NCBI GenBank assembly: GCA_963766715.1
Contig: CAVYBH010000013.1
Coordinates: 32,001-96,000, forward strand
DNA length: 64,000 nt
Reading direction: 5' to 3'
Origin: an uncultured delta proteobacterium
GTDB taxonomy: Bacteria; Myxococcota; Myxococcia; Myxococcales; Anaeromyxobacteraceae
Part shown: positions 52,907 to 61,633 of the stretch, in pieces
Layout of the letters: each line of letters opens with the position of its first letter
Numbering within the stretch: the stretch's first letter is position 1
The notes under the pieces: generated by a model
What the model was told of the DNA's origin: nothing
The model's input: the letters and a program-made list of their open reading frames with translations, nothing else
Database searches by the model: none
Program-made: the position numbers and the translations under genes

Positions 52907-53949
52907 ACAATGGCCCAGGGGCGAGGCATGAACACCTTCTCCCACGTCTCCAGCGCGAAGCGATCGGTCATCCCGGAGAGGAAGTCGGTGACCGCCCGGG
53001 GGAGGTCCTCGCCCGCACGGGGGAAGACGCCGAAGCGGGTGCGGAGCCGCTCCCCGTCCTCGAGGCACCAGCGGTTCAGGTCCTCGAGGATGCGCTGCGC
53101 CTTCTCGAACTCCTCCTGGACGACCGGGTTCTCGTAGACGCGCGCGTAGAGGAAGTCGCGCAGGGCGAGCAGCGCGCCGTGCACGTCGGCCGACATGGCG
53201 ATGTGGCCCCCGCCCTCGATGTCCGAGGACCGGATGACGTCGCCGATGAGGTGGTGCAGGCGGACGGAGTGGCGATCGCCGATCACCGCGGCGATGTCGC
53301 GCGGGACCTCCTCCTCGCGCAGCAGGCCGCCGCGGACCGCGTCGTCGAGGTCGTGGTTCACGTAGGCGATGATGTCGGCCAGGCGGACGATCTCCGCCTC
53401 CAGGGTGAGCGCCTTCTGCCCGCCGGCCATGAGCACCTGGCCGCGCCCCTTGGAGTGGCGCAGGATCCCGTCCCGGACCTCGACGGTGAGGTTGAGCCCC
53501 TCCCCTTCCTTCTCGAGGACCTCCACCACCCGCAGGGACTGCTGGACGTGGTGGAACCCCCCGGGCACCACCTTGTTGAGCAGCCGCTCGCCGGCGTGCC
53601 CGAACGGCGTGTGGCCCAGGTCGTGGCCCATCACCATGGCCTCGACGAGCATCTCGTTCAGGCGAAGCGCGCGCGCGATGGAGCGGGCCACCTGCGCGAC
53701 CTCGAGCGTGTGGGTGAGCCGGTTGCGGTAGTGGTCGCCTCGGGGCGCGAGGAAGACCTGCGTCTTCCCCTTCAGCCGGCGGAACGACTTCGAGTGCAGG
53801 ACGCGGTCGCGGTCCCGCTGGTAGGCGGGACGCATGTCGTCCTCGGGGTCCTCGCGGTCGCGCCCTCGCGTGTCGCGCGAGAGGGCCGCCCGGGGGTGCA
53901 GGCTCGCGACCTCCTGCTCCTCGAGCATGGCGCGGATGGTGGAGGGCAT
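52903..53949 (-). CDS. dgt: Deoxyguanosinetriphosphate triphosphohydrolase-like HD protein
   Basis: ATG 53949; RDRDRVLHSKSFRRLKGKTQVF, RLTHTLEV, GHDLGHTPFGHAGE, ADIIAYVNHDLDD, SGMTD. Confidence 0.92.
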   Translation of the reverse strand: MPSTIRAMLEEQEVASLHPRAALSRDTRGRDREDPEDDMRPAYQRDRDRVLHSKSFRRLKGKTQVFLAPRGDHYRNRLTHTLEVAQVARSIARALRLNEMLVEAMVMGHDLGHTPFGHAGERLLNKVVPGGFHHVQQSLRVVEVLEKEGEGLNLTVEVRDGILRHSKGRGQVLMAGGQKALTLEAEIVRLADIIAYVNHDLDDAVRGGLLREEEVPRDIAAVIGDRHSVRLHHLIGDVIRSSDIEGGGHIAMSADVHGALLALRDFLYARVYENPVVQEEFEKAQRILEDLNRWCLEDGERLRTRFGVFPRAGEDLPRAVTDFLSGMTDRFALETWEKVFMPRPWAIV

Positions 53950-53989
53950 GCTCCTCGATGTAACCCGGTCCGGCACGCCTGTCGTCTCC

Positions 53990-54715
53990 TTACCGGGGCA
54001 CCTTCAGGCTCGCGTCGAGCACCAGGACGAGGACGTTCGAGAGCGCGTGCACCACCGCCGGGGCGACCACGCTCCCCGTGCGCGCCCGCACCCACCCGAA
54101 GAGGAGGCCGGGGAAGAACGTGGCGAGCCGCCAGGGCTGGAGGGAGACGAGGTGGCCGACGGCGAAGAGCACCTGGGTGGCCAGGAATCCGGGGCCGAGC
54201 TCCGCGCCCAGGACGCGGCGCGAAGGCCCGGAGCGCCCCCAGGCGGTCTGCATCCACCCCCGGTAGAAGAGCTCCTCGGGGAGCGCCACGGCCAGGAGCT
54301 GGGTCGCCGCGGCCAGCAGGAGCCCCGGGGGGAGCCGGGCCTCGAGGACGGCCGGCGTGCCCGAGAGCCGCGCCACGGCCAGCAGCGCCAGGGTGTAGAG
54401 CGGAAGGACCAGTCCCGAGACCGCCAGCCCCGCCGCGGCCCCCCGGCCCCAGGCCTTCCAGGTCCGGCGGTCCCCGAGCCCCCACCACGGGAGGCCGTAG
54501 GCCTTCCAGGACTCGCCCCGCGCCCGGATCAGGTAGTCGGGGACCAGCACGAAGAGCAGCGCCGCCACGCCGCCCAGGTTCCTGCGCAGGAGCCCGGAGG
54601 GCTCGACGGCGCCGAGGGCCGAGGCGGCGCCGATGCCGGCGATGACCCAGGCCCACGTCGCCAGGAGCGCGCGCCGGGTCGGGGGAGGACCCCCGGAGGA
54701 GGGGATGTCGGGCAC
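53990..54715 (-). CDS. CPBP/CAAX-family intramembrane glutamic endopeptidase (myxosortase-like candidate)
   Basis: VALPEELFYRG, FAVGH, TFFPGLLFGW, HALSN motifs; several TM helices. Confidence 0.8.
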   Translation of the reverse strand: MPDIPSSGGPPPTRRALLATWAWVIAGIGAASALGAVEPSGLLRRNLGGVAALLFVLVPDYLIRARGESWKAYGLPWWGLGDRRTWKAWGRGAAAGLAVSGLVLPLYTLALLAVARLSGTPAVLEARLPPGLLLAAATQLLAVALPEELFYRGWMQTAWGRSGPSRRVLGAELGPGFLATQVLFAVGHLVSLQPWRLATFFPGLLFGWVRARTGSVVAPAVVHALSNVLVLVLDASLKVPR

Positions 54716-54809
54716 GCTCTCGAGGTCGCGACCCAGGCAGGGTGTCGAGTGGAACGGCGGAGTGGTTCACGATGTGGCCGTACGGTCGGCCACCCCTCGG
54801 GGGTCCATT

Positions 54810-55640
54810 ATGCTGCACGTCGAGACGGAGCGCGAACCGGCGGTGGCCGGGCGGTTCTACCCAGGCGATCCGGAGGTGCTGGCGAGCGAGGTGGCCTCGC
54901 TGCTCGCCGAGCGTCCCGATGGCCGGGCCACGCCGGGTGCGCCGCGGCCCGCCTACGGCCTGCTCGTGCCGCACGCGGGCTACATCTACTCGGGACCCGT
55001 GGCGGGAGCGACCTACGCCCGGGCCGACGTGCCGGACCACGTCATCGTCCTCTGCCCCAACCACACCGGCGTCGGGAAGCGGGTCGCCGCCTGGCCCGGC
55101 GGCGCATGGGCCACTCCCCTCGGCCGGGTTCCCGTGGACGAGGCGATGACGAAGGAGCTGCTCGAGTCCGGGCTCGCCTCCCCGGATCGCGAGGCCCATC
55201 GCTACGAGCATTCGCTGGAGGTCCAGCTCCCCTTCCTCCAGCTGCGGAACCCGGAGGTGTCGATGGCCGCCGTCTGCCTCGGCACCCTCCCCTTCGACGC
55301 GTGCCAGGAGCTCGGCGGCGAGCTCGCCCGGATCGCCCGGCGCCACCGGGCGCTCGTGGTGGCGTCGAGCGACATGAGCCACTACCTGCCCGCCGACGTC
55401 GCCCGGGCGAAGGACCGGCTGGCGCTCGACCGGGTGCTGGCCCTCGACCCGCGCGGACTCCACGACGTCGTCTCGCGAACGGGGATCTCGATGTGCGGGT
55501 TCGTGCCGGCGACGGTCATGCTGGTCGCCGCCGTCGCGCTCGGGGCCCGCGAGGCGGAGCTCGTCCGCTACGCCACGTCCGGCGACGCCACCGGCGACCA
55601 GCGCAGCGTGGTGGGGTACGCGGGCGTCGTGATCTCCTGA
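54810..55640 (+). CDS. amrB: AmmeMemoRadiSam system protein B (MEMO1 family)
   Basis: ATG 54810; PAVAGRFYP, PHAGYIYSG, PNHTG, EHSLEVQLPFLQ, ASSDMSHY, SMCG, VVGYAG. Confidence 0.9.
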   Translation: MLHVETEREPAVAGRFYPGDPEVLASEVASLLAERPDGRATPGAPRPAYGLLVPHAGYIYSGPVAGATYARADVPDHVIVLCPNHTGVGKRVAAWPGGAWATPLGRVPVDEAMTKELLESGLASPDREAHRYEHSLEVQLPFLQLRNPEVSMAAVCLGTLPFDACQELGGELARIARRHRALVVASSDMSHYLPADVARAKDRLALDRVLALDPRGLHDVVSRTGISMCGFVPATVMLVAAVALGAREAELVRYATSGDATGDQRSVVGYAGVVIS

Positions 55641-55683
55641 CGGGCAGCGGATCCCCGCGCATCTTGTGCTAGCTTGCGCGCCC

Positions 55684-57108
55684 ATGAGCGCTCCAGTTCG
55701 CGTCCGCTTCGCCCCGTCGCCCACGGGCTACCTCCACATCGGGGGAGCCCGCACGGCACTGCTCAACTGGCTCTGGGCCCGCCACACCGGCGGGACGTTC
55801 GTCCTGCGCATCGAGGACACCGACCAGGAGCGCTCCACGGCGGACGCCGTGCGCGCCATCCTCGACGGGATGCGCTGGCTGGGGCTCGACTGGGACGAGG
55901 GCCCGGACGTCGGCGGCCCCTTCGGCCCCTACTTCCAGATGGAGCGGCTCGGGCTCTACCGCGAGTACGCCGAGAAGCTCGTGAAGGCCGGCAAGGCCTA
56001 CGCCTGCTACTGCACGAAGGAGGACCTGGACGCGCAGCGGGAGCTGGCCAAGGCCGAGAAGCGCCAGTTCATCTACCCGGGCACCTGCCGCGAGGAGCCG
56101 TACGACCCCTCGCGCCGGCACGTGATCCGCTTCCGCCTCCCCAAGCTCCTCGAGGTGACCTTCACCGACCTCGTGAAGGGTCCCATCACCCGGCCCGGCT
56201 CGACCCTCCAGGACGAGGTCATCGTCCGCGCCGACGGCGTGCCCCTCTACAACTTCGGGGCCGTGGTGGACGACGTCACCATGCAGATCAACCTGGTGGC
56301 TCGCGGCGACGACCACGTGAACAACACCGCCATCCAGGTGCTCCTCTACGAGGCCCTCGGGTACCCGGTGCCGGCCTTCGCGCACCTGCCCATGATCCTG
56401 GGCGCGGACAAGACCCGCCTCTCCAAGCGTCACGGGGCCACCAGCGTCACCGCCTACCGCGACATGGGCTACCTCCCCGAGGCGGTGGTGAACTACCTGG
56501 TCCGGCTGGGCTGGTCGCACGGCGATCAGGAGATCTTCACGATGAAGGAGCTGGTCGAGCAGTTCGGCTTCGATCACGTGGGCGCCACCGCCGGGGTCTT
56601 CAACCCCGAGAAGATGGTCTGGGTGAACCAGACGTGGGTGAAGTCCCTGACCCCGTCCGAGCTGGCCCGGCGCGCCGTGCCCTACTACGAGGCGGCCGGG
56701 CTGCACGTCGCCGAGGACCCTCGCCTCGTCGAGATCGCGCGGGTGTTCCAGGAGCGGGCCAAGACGCTCGTCGAGCTGGTGGCCCAGTCCCGTTACTTCT
56801 TCGCGCCGATCGAGATGGACCCCAAGGCCCGCGAGAAGTTCCTCGGGGCCGACGCCGTCCCGGTGCTGCAGGGAATCCGGGACGGGATCGCGGCGACGCC
56901 GGCGCTCGACGCGGCGGGTCTCGAGAAGCTCTTCCACGACGTGGCCGCGGCGCGCTCGCTCGGACTCGGCAAGGTGGCCCAGCCGGTGCGCGTGGCCCTG
57001 ACGGGCGGAACGGCCTCCCCGGGCATCTACGACGTGGTCCTGCTGCTCGGGCGGGTGGAGTCGCTGGCTCGGCTCGACGCGGCGCTTCGGGGAGCCGCGG
57101 CGCGCTGA
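55684..57108 (+). CDS. gltX: Glutamate--tRNA ligase
   Basis: RFAPSPTGYLHIGG, LRIEDTD, RGDDH, RLSKRHGA, RVALTG. Confidence 0.95.
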   Translation: MSAPVRVRFAPSPTGYLHIGGARTALLNWLWARHTGGTFVLRIEDTDQERSTADAVRAILDGMRWLGLDWDEGPDVGGPFGPYFQMERLGLYREYAEKLVKAGKAYACYCTKEDLDAQRELAKAEKRQFIYPGTCREEPYDPSRRHVIRFRLPKLLEVTFTDLVKGPITRPGSTLQDEVIVRADGVPLYNFGAVVDDVTMQINLVARGDDHVNNTAIQVLLYEALGYPVPAFAHLPMILGADKTRLSKRHGATSVTAYRDMGYLPEAVVNYLVRLGWSHGDQEIFTMKELVEQFGFDHVGATAGVFNPEKMVWVNQTWVKSLTPSELARRAVPYYEAAGLHVAEDPRLVEIARVFQERAKTLVELVAQSRYFFAPIEMDPKAREKFLGADAVPVLQGIRDGIAATPALDAAGLEKLFHDVAAARSLGLGKVAQPVRVALTGGTASPGIYDVVLLLGRVESLARLDAALRGAAAR

Positions 57109-57121
57109 GCCGCGGCGCGCT
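57092..57121 (+). repeat. Exact 15-bp tandem duplication across the gltX stop codon
   Basis: GAGCCGCGGCGCGCT at 57092-57106 and 57107-57121. Confidence 0.7.
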
Positions 57122-57294
57122 GTGCCGGCGGCGCGGCCGGCACGGGTCCGCCACCCTACTGGGGCCCCTCCTTCGGACCCTTTCCCTGCGATTTCAAGGA
57201 CCTACCATGTTCGCGGGACATGGATTTCAAAGTCGATGAGCCAGATCACGAGTGATGTAGATATTAGTCAATGATTTCGATATTTTAGCTGTAA

Positions 57295-57308
57295 TTGACC
57301 TGAATCAA
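57295..57308. promoter_or_regulatory. FNR/CRP-family binding box upstream of the multiheme cytochrome genes
   Basis: TTGAC-CTGA-ATCAA matches TTGAT-N4-ATCAA at 9 of 10 positions, inside an AT-rich patch (about 57190-57325). Confidence 0.6.
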
Positions 57309-57400
57309 CGAAGCTGCGTTTTGGAACGCCTAGCCTTCCTCCGCCAGCCAGGGCCGCACCCTGGCGGGGGGCGACGAGGGGTCGCCCGCAGGAGGGGAAA

Positions 57401-59500
57401 GTGCAACTCTTCGCTCGCAGGACGTCGGCGTTCCAGGCCTGGCTGCTCGGTGTAGGCCTCGCTCTCACCGGTTGCTCCGGCGCCCCTCCCGAGGGCAAGG
57501 CGGCGGCTCCGGAGCGCTCCTTCGGCGCCTCCGATCGTCAATCCGCTGCCTCCGACCCGTCCCACCGCCGCGACCACCTGCGCGCCGCTCCTCGGACACT
57601 CCGCCTACGCGACGCAGACCTGCGAGTCCTGCCACCCCTGCGGGGCGAAGGCGACGAGCGGGCACCCCGCGGCCTGGACCGACCAGGCCAGCACCGGCTT
57701 CCACGCCTACTCCGCGAACGCGGGGCTCGCGAGCTGCCAGGGCTGCCACGGCGCGGCCCTCGACGGCGTGGGCGGCTCCGCGACGACCTCGTGCGCCCAG
57801 TGCCACGGCGCGGCCTGGAAGACGAACTGCGTGATGTGCCACGGCGGCACCGACAACCAGACCGGCGCGCCGGCGAGGGCCACCTGGGGCAACGCCGCCG
57901 ACGCCGTTCGCGTGGGCGCCCACACCTCCCATGTCGCGGCTTCCCACGGGCTCGCGGCGGCCGTCGCCTGCGCCACCTGCCACGTCCAGCCGGCCGACGC
58001 GCTCACGGTGGGTCACGTGAACGGCGGCACGGCGGAGGTCGTCTTCTCCGGAAGGGCGACGCAGGGAACGACCACCGCCCCCTCGTGGACGCGCACCTCC
58101 GCGACCTGCTCCAACACCTACTGCCACGGGGCCACGCTCCAGGGCGGAACGGCCACCGCTCCGATCTGGACGAGGACGGACGGGACGCAGCGGGCGTGCA
58201 ACGCCTGCCACGGGGCGCCCCCTCCGGCCCCGCACTCGACCAGCACGGCCTGCGGGAGCTGCCATGCGGGCTACACGGCCACCACGGTGAACGTCTCGAC
58301 CCACCTGAACGGCGTCCTCGACGTGACCGGCACGACCTGCACCTCCTGCCACGGCACGGCCGGCCGCGCCGCGACCACGCTGAACCCGCAGCTCGCCGCG
58401 GCCCCGCCGACCGGCACGAAGGGCGAGACGGCGACGACCACCCGCGCCGTCGGCGCCCACCAGGCCCACCTCGTGAACACCCGGCTCCGCTCGGCGGCCA
58501 TCGCCTGCACCGAGTGCCACACCGTTCCCGGGCTCGACCAGCCACGCCACCGGCGCCGTCGACATGACCTGGGGTACGCTCGCCCGGAGCAGCGGCGTCG
58601 TTCCCACCTGGACCGGAACCACCTGCACCAACTACTGCCACGGCGCCACGCTCCTCGGCGGCACCATCACGGCGCCCTCCTGGACCGGCGGCGCGGCCCA
58701 GGCCTCCGCCTGCACCGCCTGCCACGGCGCGCCGCCTCCGGCGCCCCACTCGACCAGCACGGCCTGCGGCTCCTGCCACACCGGCTACACCGCGACCACC
58801 GTCAACACCGCCACCCACATGAACGGCACCGTCGACGTCGTCGCCATGACCTGCACCTCCTGCCACGGCACGGCCAGCCGCGCGGCCACGGCCCTCAACC
58901 CGCAGCTCGCCGCTGCTCCGCCGGTCGACACGGCCGGGCAACACGGCGACCACGTCGCGCGGGGTCGGCGCCCACATGAAGCACCTCTCCACCGCGACCC
59001 GCTCGAGCAACTTCGCCTGCACCGAGTGCCACACCGTGCCGACCTCGACGAGCCACGCCAACGGGACGAAGGACCTCGTCTTCGGCACGCTCGCGAAGAA
59101 CGGGCGGAAAGATGCCGGCCTACAACGCCACCATCGCTCGGGCTGCTCCGCCACGTACTGCCACGGCAACTTCACCGGCGGGAAGACCACCGCCGTCCCG
59201 CTCTGGACGGGCGCGGCCATGACCTGCACCTCCTGTCACAGCATGCCGAGCACGAGCACCGGGCAGCACTCGAAGCACATCGGGCCTCTCCGGGGTCACC
59301 TGCGCCACCTGCCACAGCGGCGATCGCCACGGGCACGACCACCACCGCCGCCATCGTCGGCCCGGCGCTGCACGTCGAACGGGATGAAGGACGTCGCCTT
59401 CAGCGGCACCTACGGCGGGCGGACCGTGTCCATGACCGTCACGCGGAGCGGGACGAGCCTCTCCTGTTCCGGCTCCTGCCACAGCAGCAAGTCCTGGTGA
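57401..59500 (+). CDS. Large multiheme c-type cytochrome lipoprotein 1 (CxxCH/CxxxCH/CxxxxCH; several frameshifts)
   Basis: GTG 57401 after AGGAGGGG; lipobox LALTGC; stitching frames (shifts near 57525, 58530, 58940 and 59100-59380) gives 15 CxxCH, 2 Cx3CH and 2 Cx4CH by manual count; ends CSGSCHSSKSW*. Confidence 0.82.
58104..59055 (+). repeat. Internal direct repeat (about 510-bp period) in cytochrome 1
   Basis: About 58104-58540 and 58621-59055 both encode YCHGATL..GG...CHGAPPPAPHSTSTACGSCH..GYTATTVN...CTSCHGTA.RAAT.LNPQLAAAPP...CTECHTVP. Confidence 0.8.
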
Positions 59501-59505
59501 CCGCC

Positions 59506-61526
59506 ATGAACGTGAACGGATGGAAGAGCCGGTTCCTCGCGCTGTCTGGCTGGGTCGCGATGGGTCTCGCCCTCGGCCTCGCCGGTACCGGGTGCGGGCC
59601 GCAGGGCAGCACGGCCGACGCAGGCGTCCGGCCGCCCGTGCAGAAGTCCACCCACTCCGTCGCCAACGGCCCGATGTGCGGGGGAACCGACGTCCACACG
59701 AAGCACGTCAACCAAGGAGTGGGCTGCGCCACCTGCCACCCCTGCGGCGCGGTCTTCGGCTTCGCACGTCCCCTTCACCTACCCGCGGGGCACCACCACC
59801 GCGGGCGGCACCCTCACCCGGGGCATCGCTCCCGCCGTCACGACCTGCACGGTGGCCTGCCACAGCCCGATGGGCGCCCCGGCGAAGAGCGTCGCCTGGA
59901 ACGCCGGGCCGCGTGGGTGCACCGACTGTCACGTGGCCTCGGTGCTCCCGGCCGTCCACCCGGCCCTCTCCGCCACGCCGACCAACGCCGACTGCCTCGG
60001 CTGCCACACCAGCACCACCACCCACACCGACGGCACCGTGACCCTGGCCGGCCACCCGGCCGCCTGGACCGACCAGGCCAGCCCGGGCTTCCACGCCTTC
60101 CAGGCCAACAAGGGGCTCGGCCAGTGCCAGGCGTGCCACGGCGCCGACCTCTCCGGCGGCTCCACCGGCTTCGCCTGCGCGCTGTGCCACGACACGGCCC
60201 TGCCGGCCGGGGTCGCGAGCTGGAAGGTGAACTGCGTGATGTGCCACGGCGGCACGGGCAACCAGACCGGCGCGCCTCCCAGGACCACCTGGGGCAACTC
60301 CGCCGACCCGATCCGCACCGGCGCCCACGCGACCCACGTGACGGGCAACGCCCGCGTCCCCGGCCTTCGACTGCAACGTCTGCCACGTGAAGCCCGCCGA
60401 CGCCCTCGCCGCGGGGCACATCGACTCCACCTCCACGGCCGAGCTCACCTGGGGCGGTCTCGCCGTGGCCGGCGGCGCCGCGCCCGCCTGGAACCGGACC
60501 GCCGCCACCTGCTCGAACACCTACTGCCACGGCAAGTTCACGAACGGCAACGCGACGAACGCGCCGGTGTGGACGGGGACGAACCAGGGCGCCTGCGGCA
60601 CCTGCCACGGCCTGCCGCCGGGAGGGACCCACCCGGCCGTCGGAACGGCCCTCACCGGGTGCGCGACCTGCCATCCCCAGACCATGACCGCGGCGGGTGC
60701 GCTCATCGCCCCGAGCGCCGGCGGCAAGCACCTCGACGGCATCATCGAGACGAGCGGCGGCACGGGCGGTCACGGCGCGTCCTGGTCGGACACCACCAGC
60801 ACCGGCTTCCACGCCTACTCGGCCATCGCCGGCATCTCCTCCTGCCAGGGCTGCCACGGCGCCGGCCTGGACGGCGTGGGCGGCTCGGCCAAGACCTCCT
60901 GCGCCACCTGCCACGGCGCGGCCTGGAAGACGAACTGCGTGCTCTGCCACGGAGGCACCGCCAACCAGACCGGCGCGCCACCCAAGGGCACCTGGGGCTT
61001 CCGCACCGACGCCTCCCGCATCGGCGCCCACACCAAGCACGTGACGGCGGGCGCCATCTCCGGCGCCATCGCCTGCGCGACCTGCCACGTCGTCCCCGCC
61101 GACGCGCTCTCCGCCGGGCACCTGAACGGCTCGACCGCGACGGTCACCTGGGGCGGCATCGCGGCCTCGAGCGGCGCGAGCCCGGTCTGGAACCGCACCA
61201 CCGGCACCTGCGCCAGCACCTACTGTCACGGCGGGTACTCGGGGACGTTCGTCTACGACTTCTGGGGACCGGCCTCGGCGCCCTACGCGGGCTCGAAGGC
61301 CACGCCGAAGTGGACCGACGCGCCGATGACCTGCACGTCCTGCCACGGCAACCCGACCAACAACGGCAACTGGCACAGCGGCCTCCACGGCGGCGGCAAC
61401 AACTGCAACCTCTGCCACCCGGACGTCGACGCCGCGGGCACCACCATCACCAACCCGGCGCTCCACATCAACGGGGTCGTGGAGGTCCAGGCCGCCTTCA
61501 AGTCCTCCTGCTTCGGCTGCCACTGA
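59506..61526 (+). CDS. Large multiheme c-type cytochrome lipoprotein 2 (frameshifts near 59765 and 60360)
   Basis: ATG 59506 MNVNGWKSRFLALSGW...LAGTGC lipobox; 16 CxxCH, 1 Cx3CH and 2 Cx4CH by manual count; ends SSCFGCH*. Confidence 0.85.
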
Positions 61527-61633
61527 CGGGGTGCGCCTCGCGCCCACCCGGGCGTGATATCGCGTCGCGGCGCGACCATGCTCCCGGCCCGGTTCCCGAT
61601 TAACTCCTCGGGAACCCTGGCCGAGGAGCACCG

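Noticed and set aside
57110..57400. tRNA, GEMM-I riboswitch or sigma54 promoter after gltX
   Set aside because: No cloverleaf or TTC loop, no GEMM-I-like conserved core, and TGGAACG near 57322 lacks a correctly spaced -12 GC
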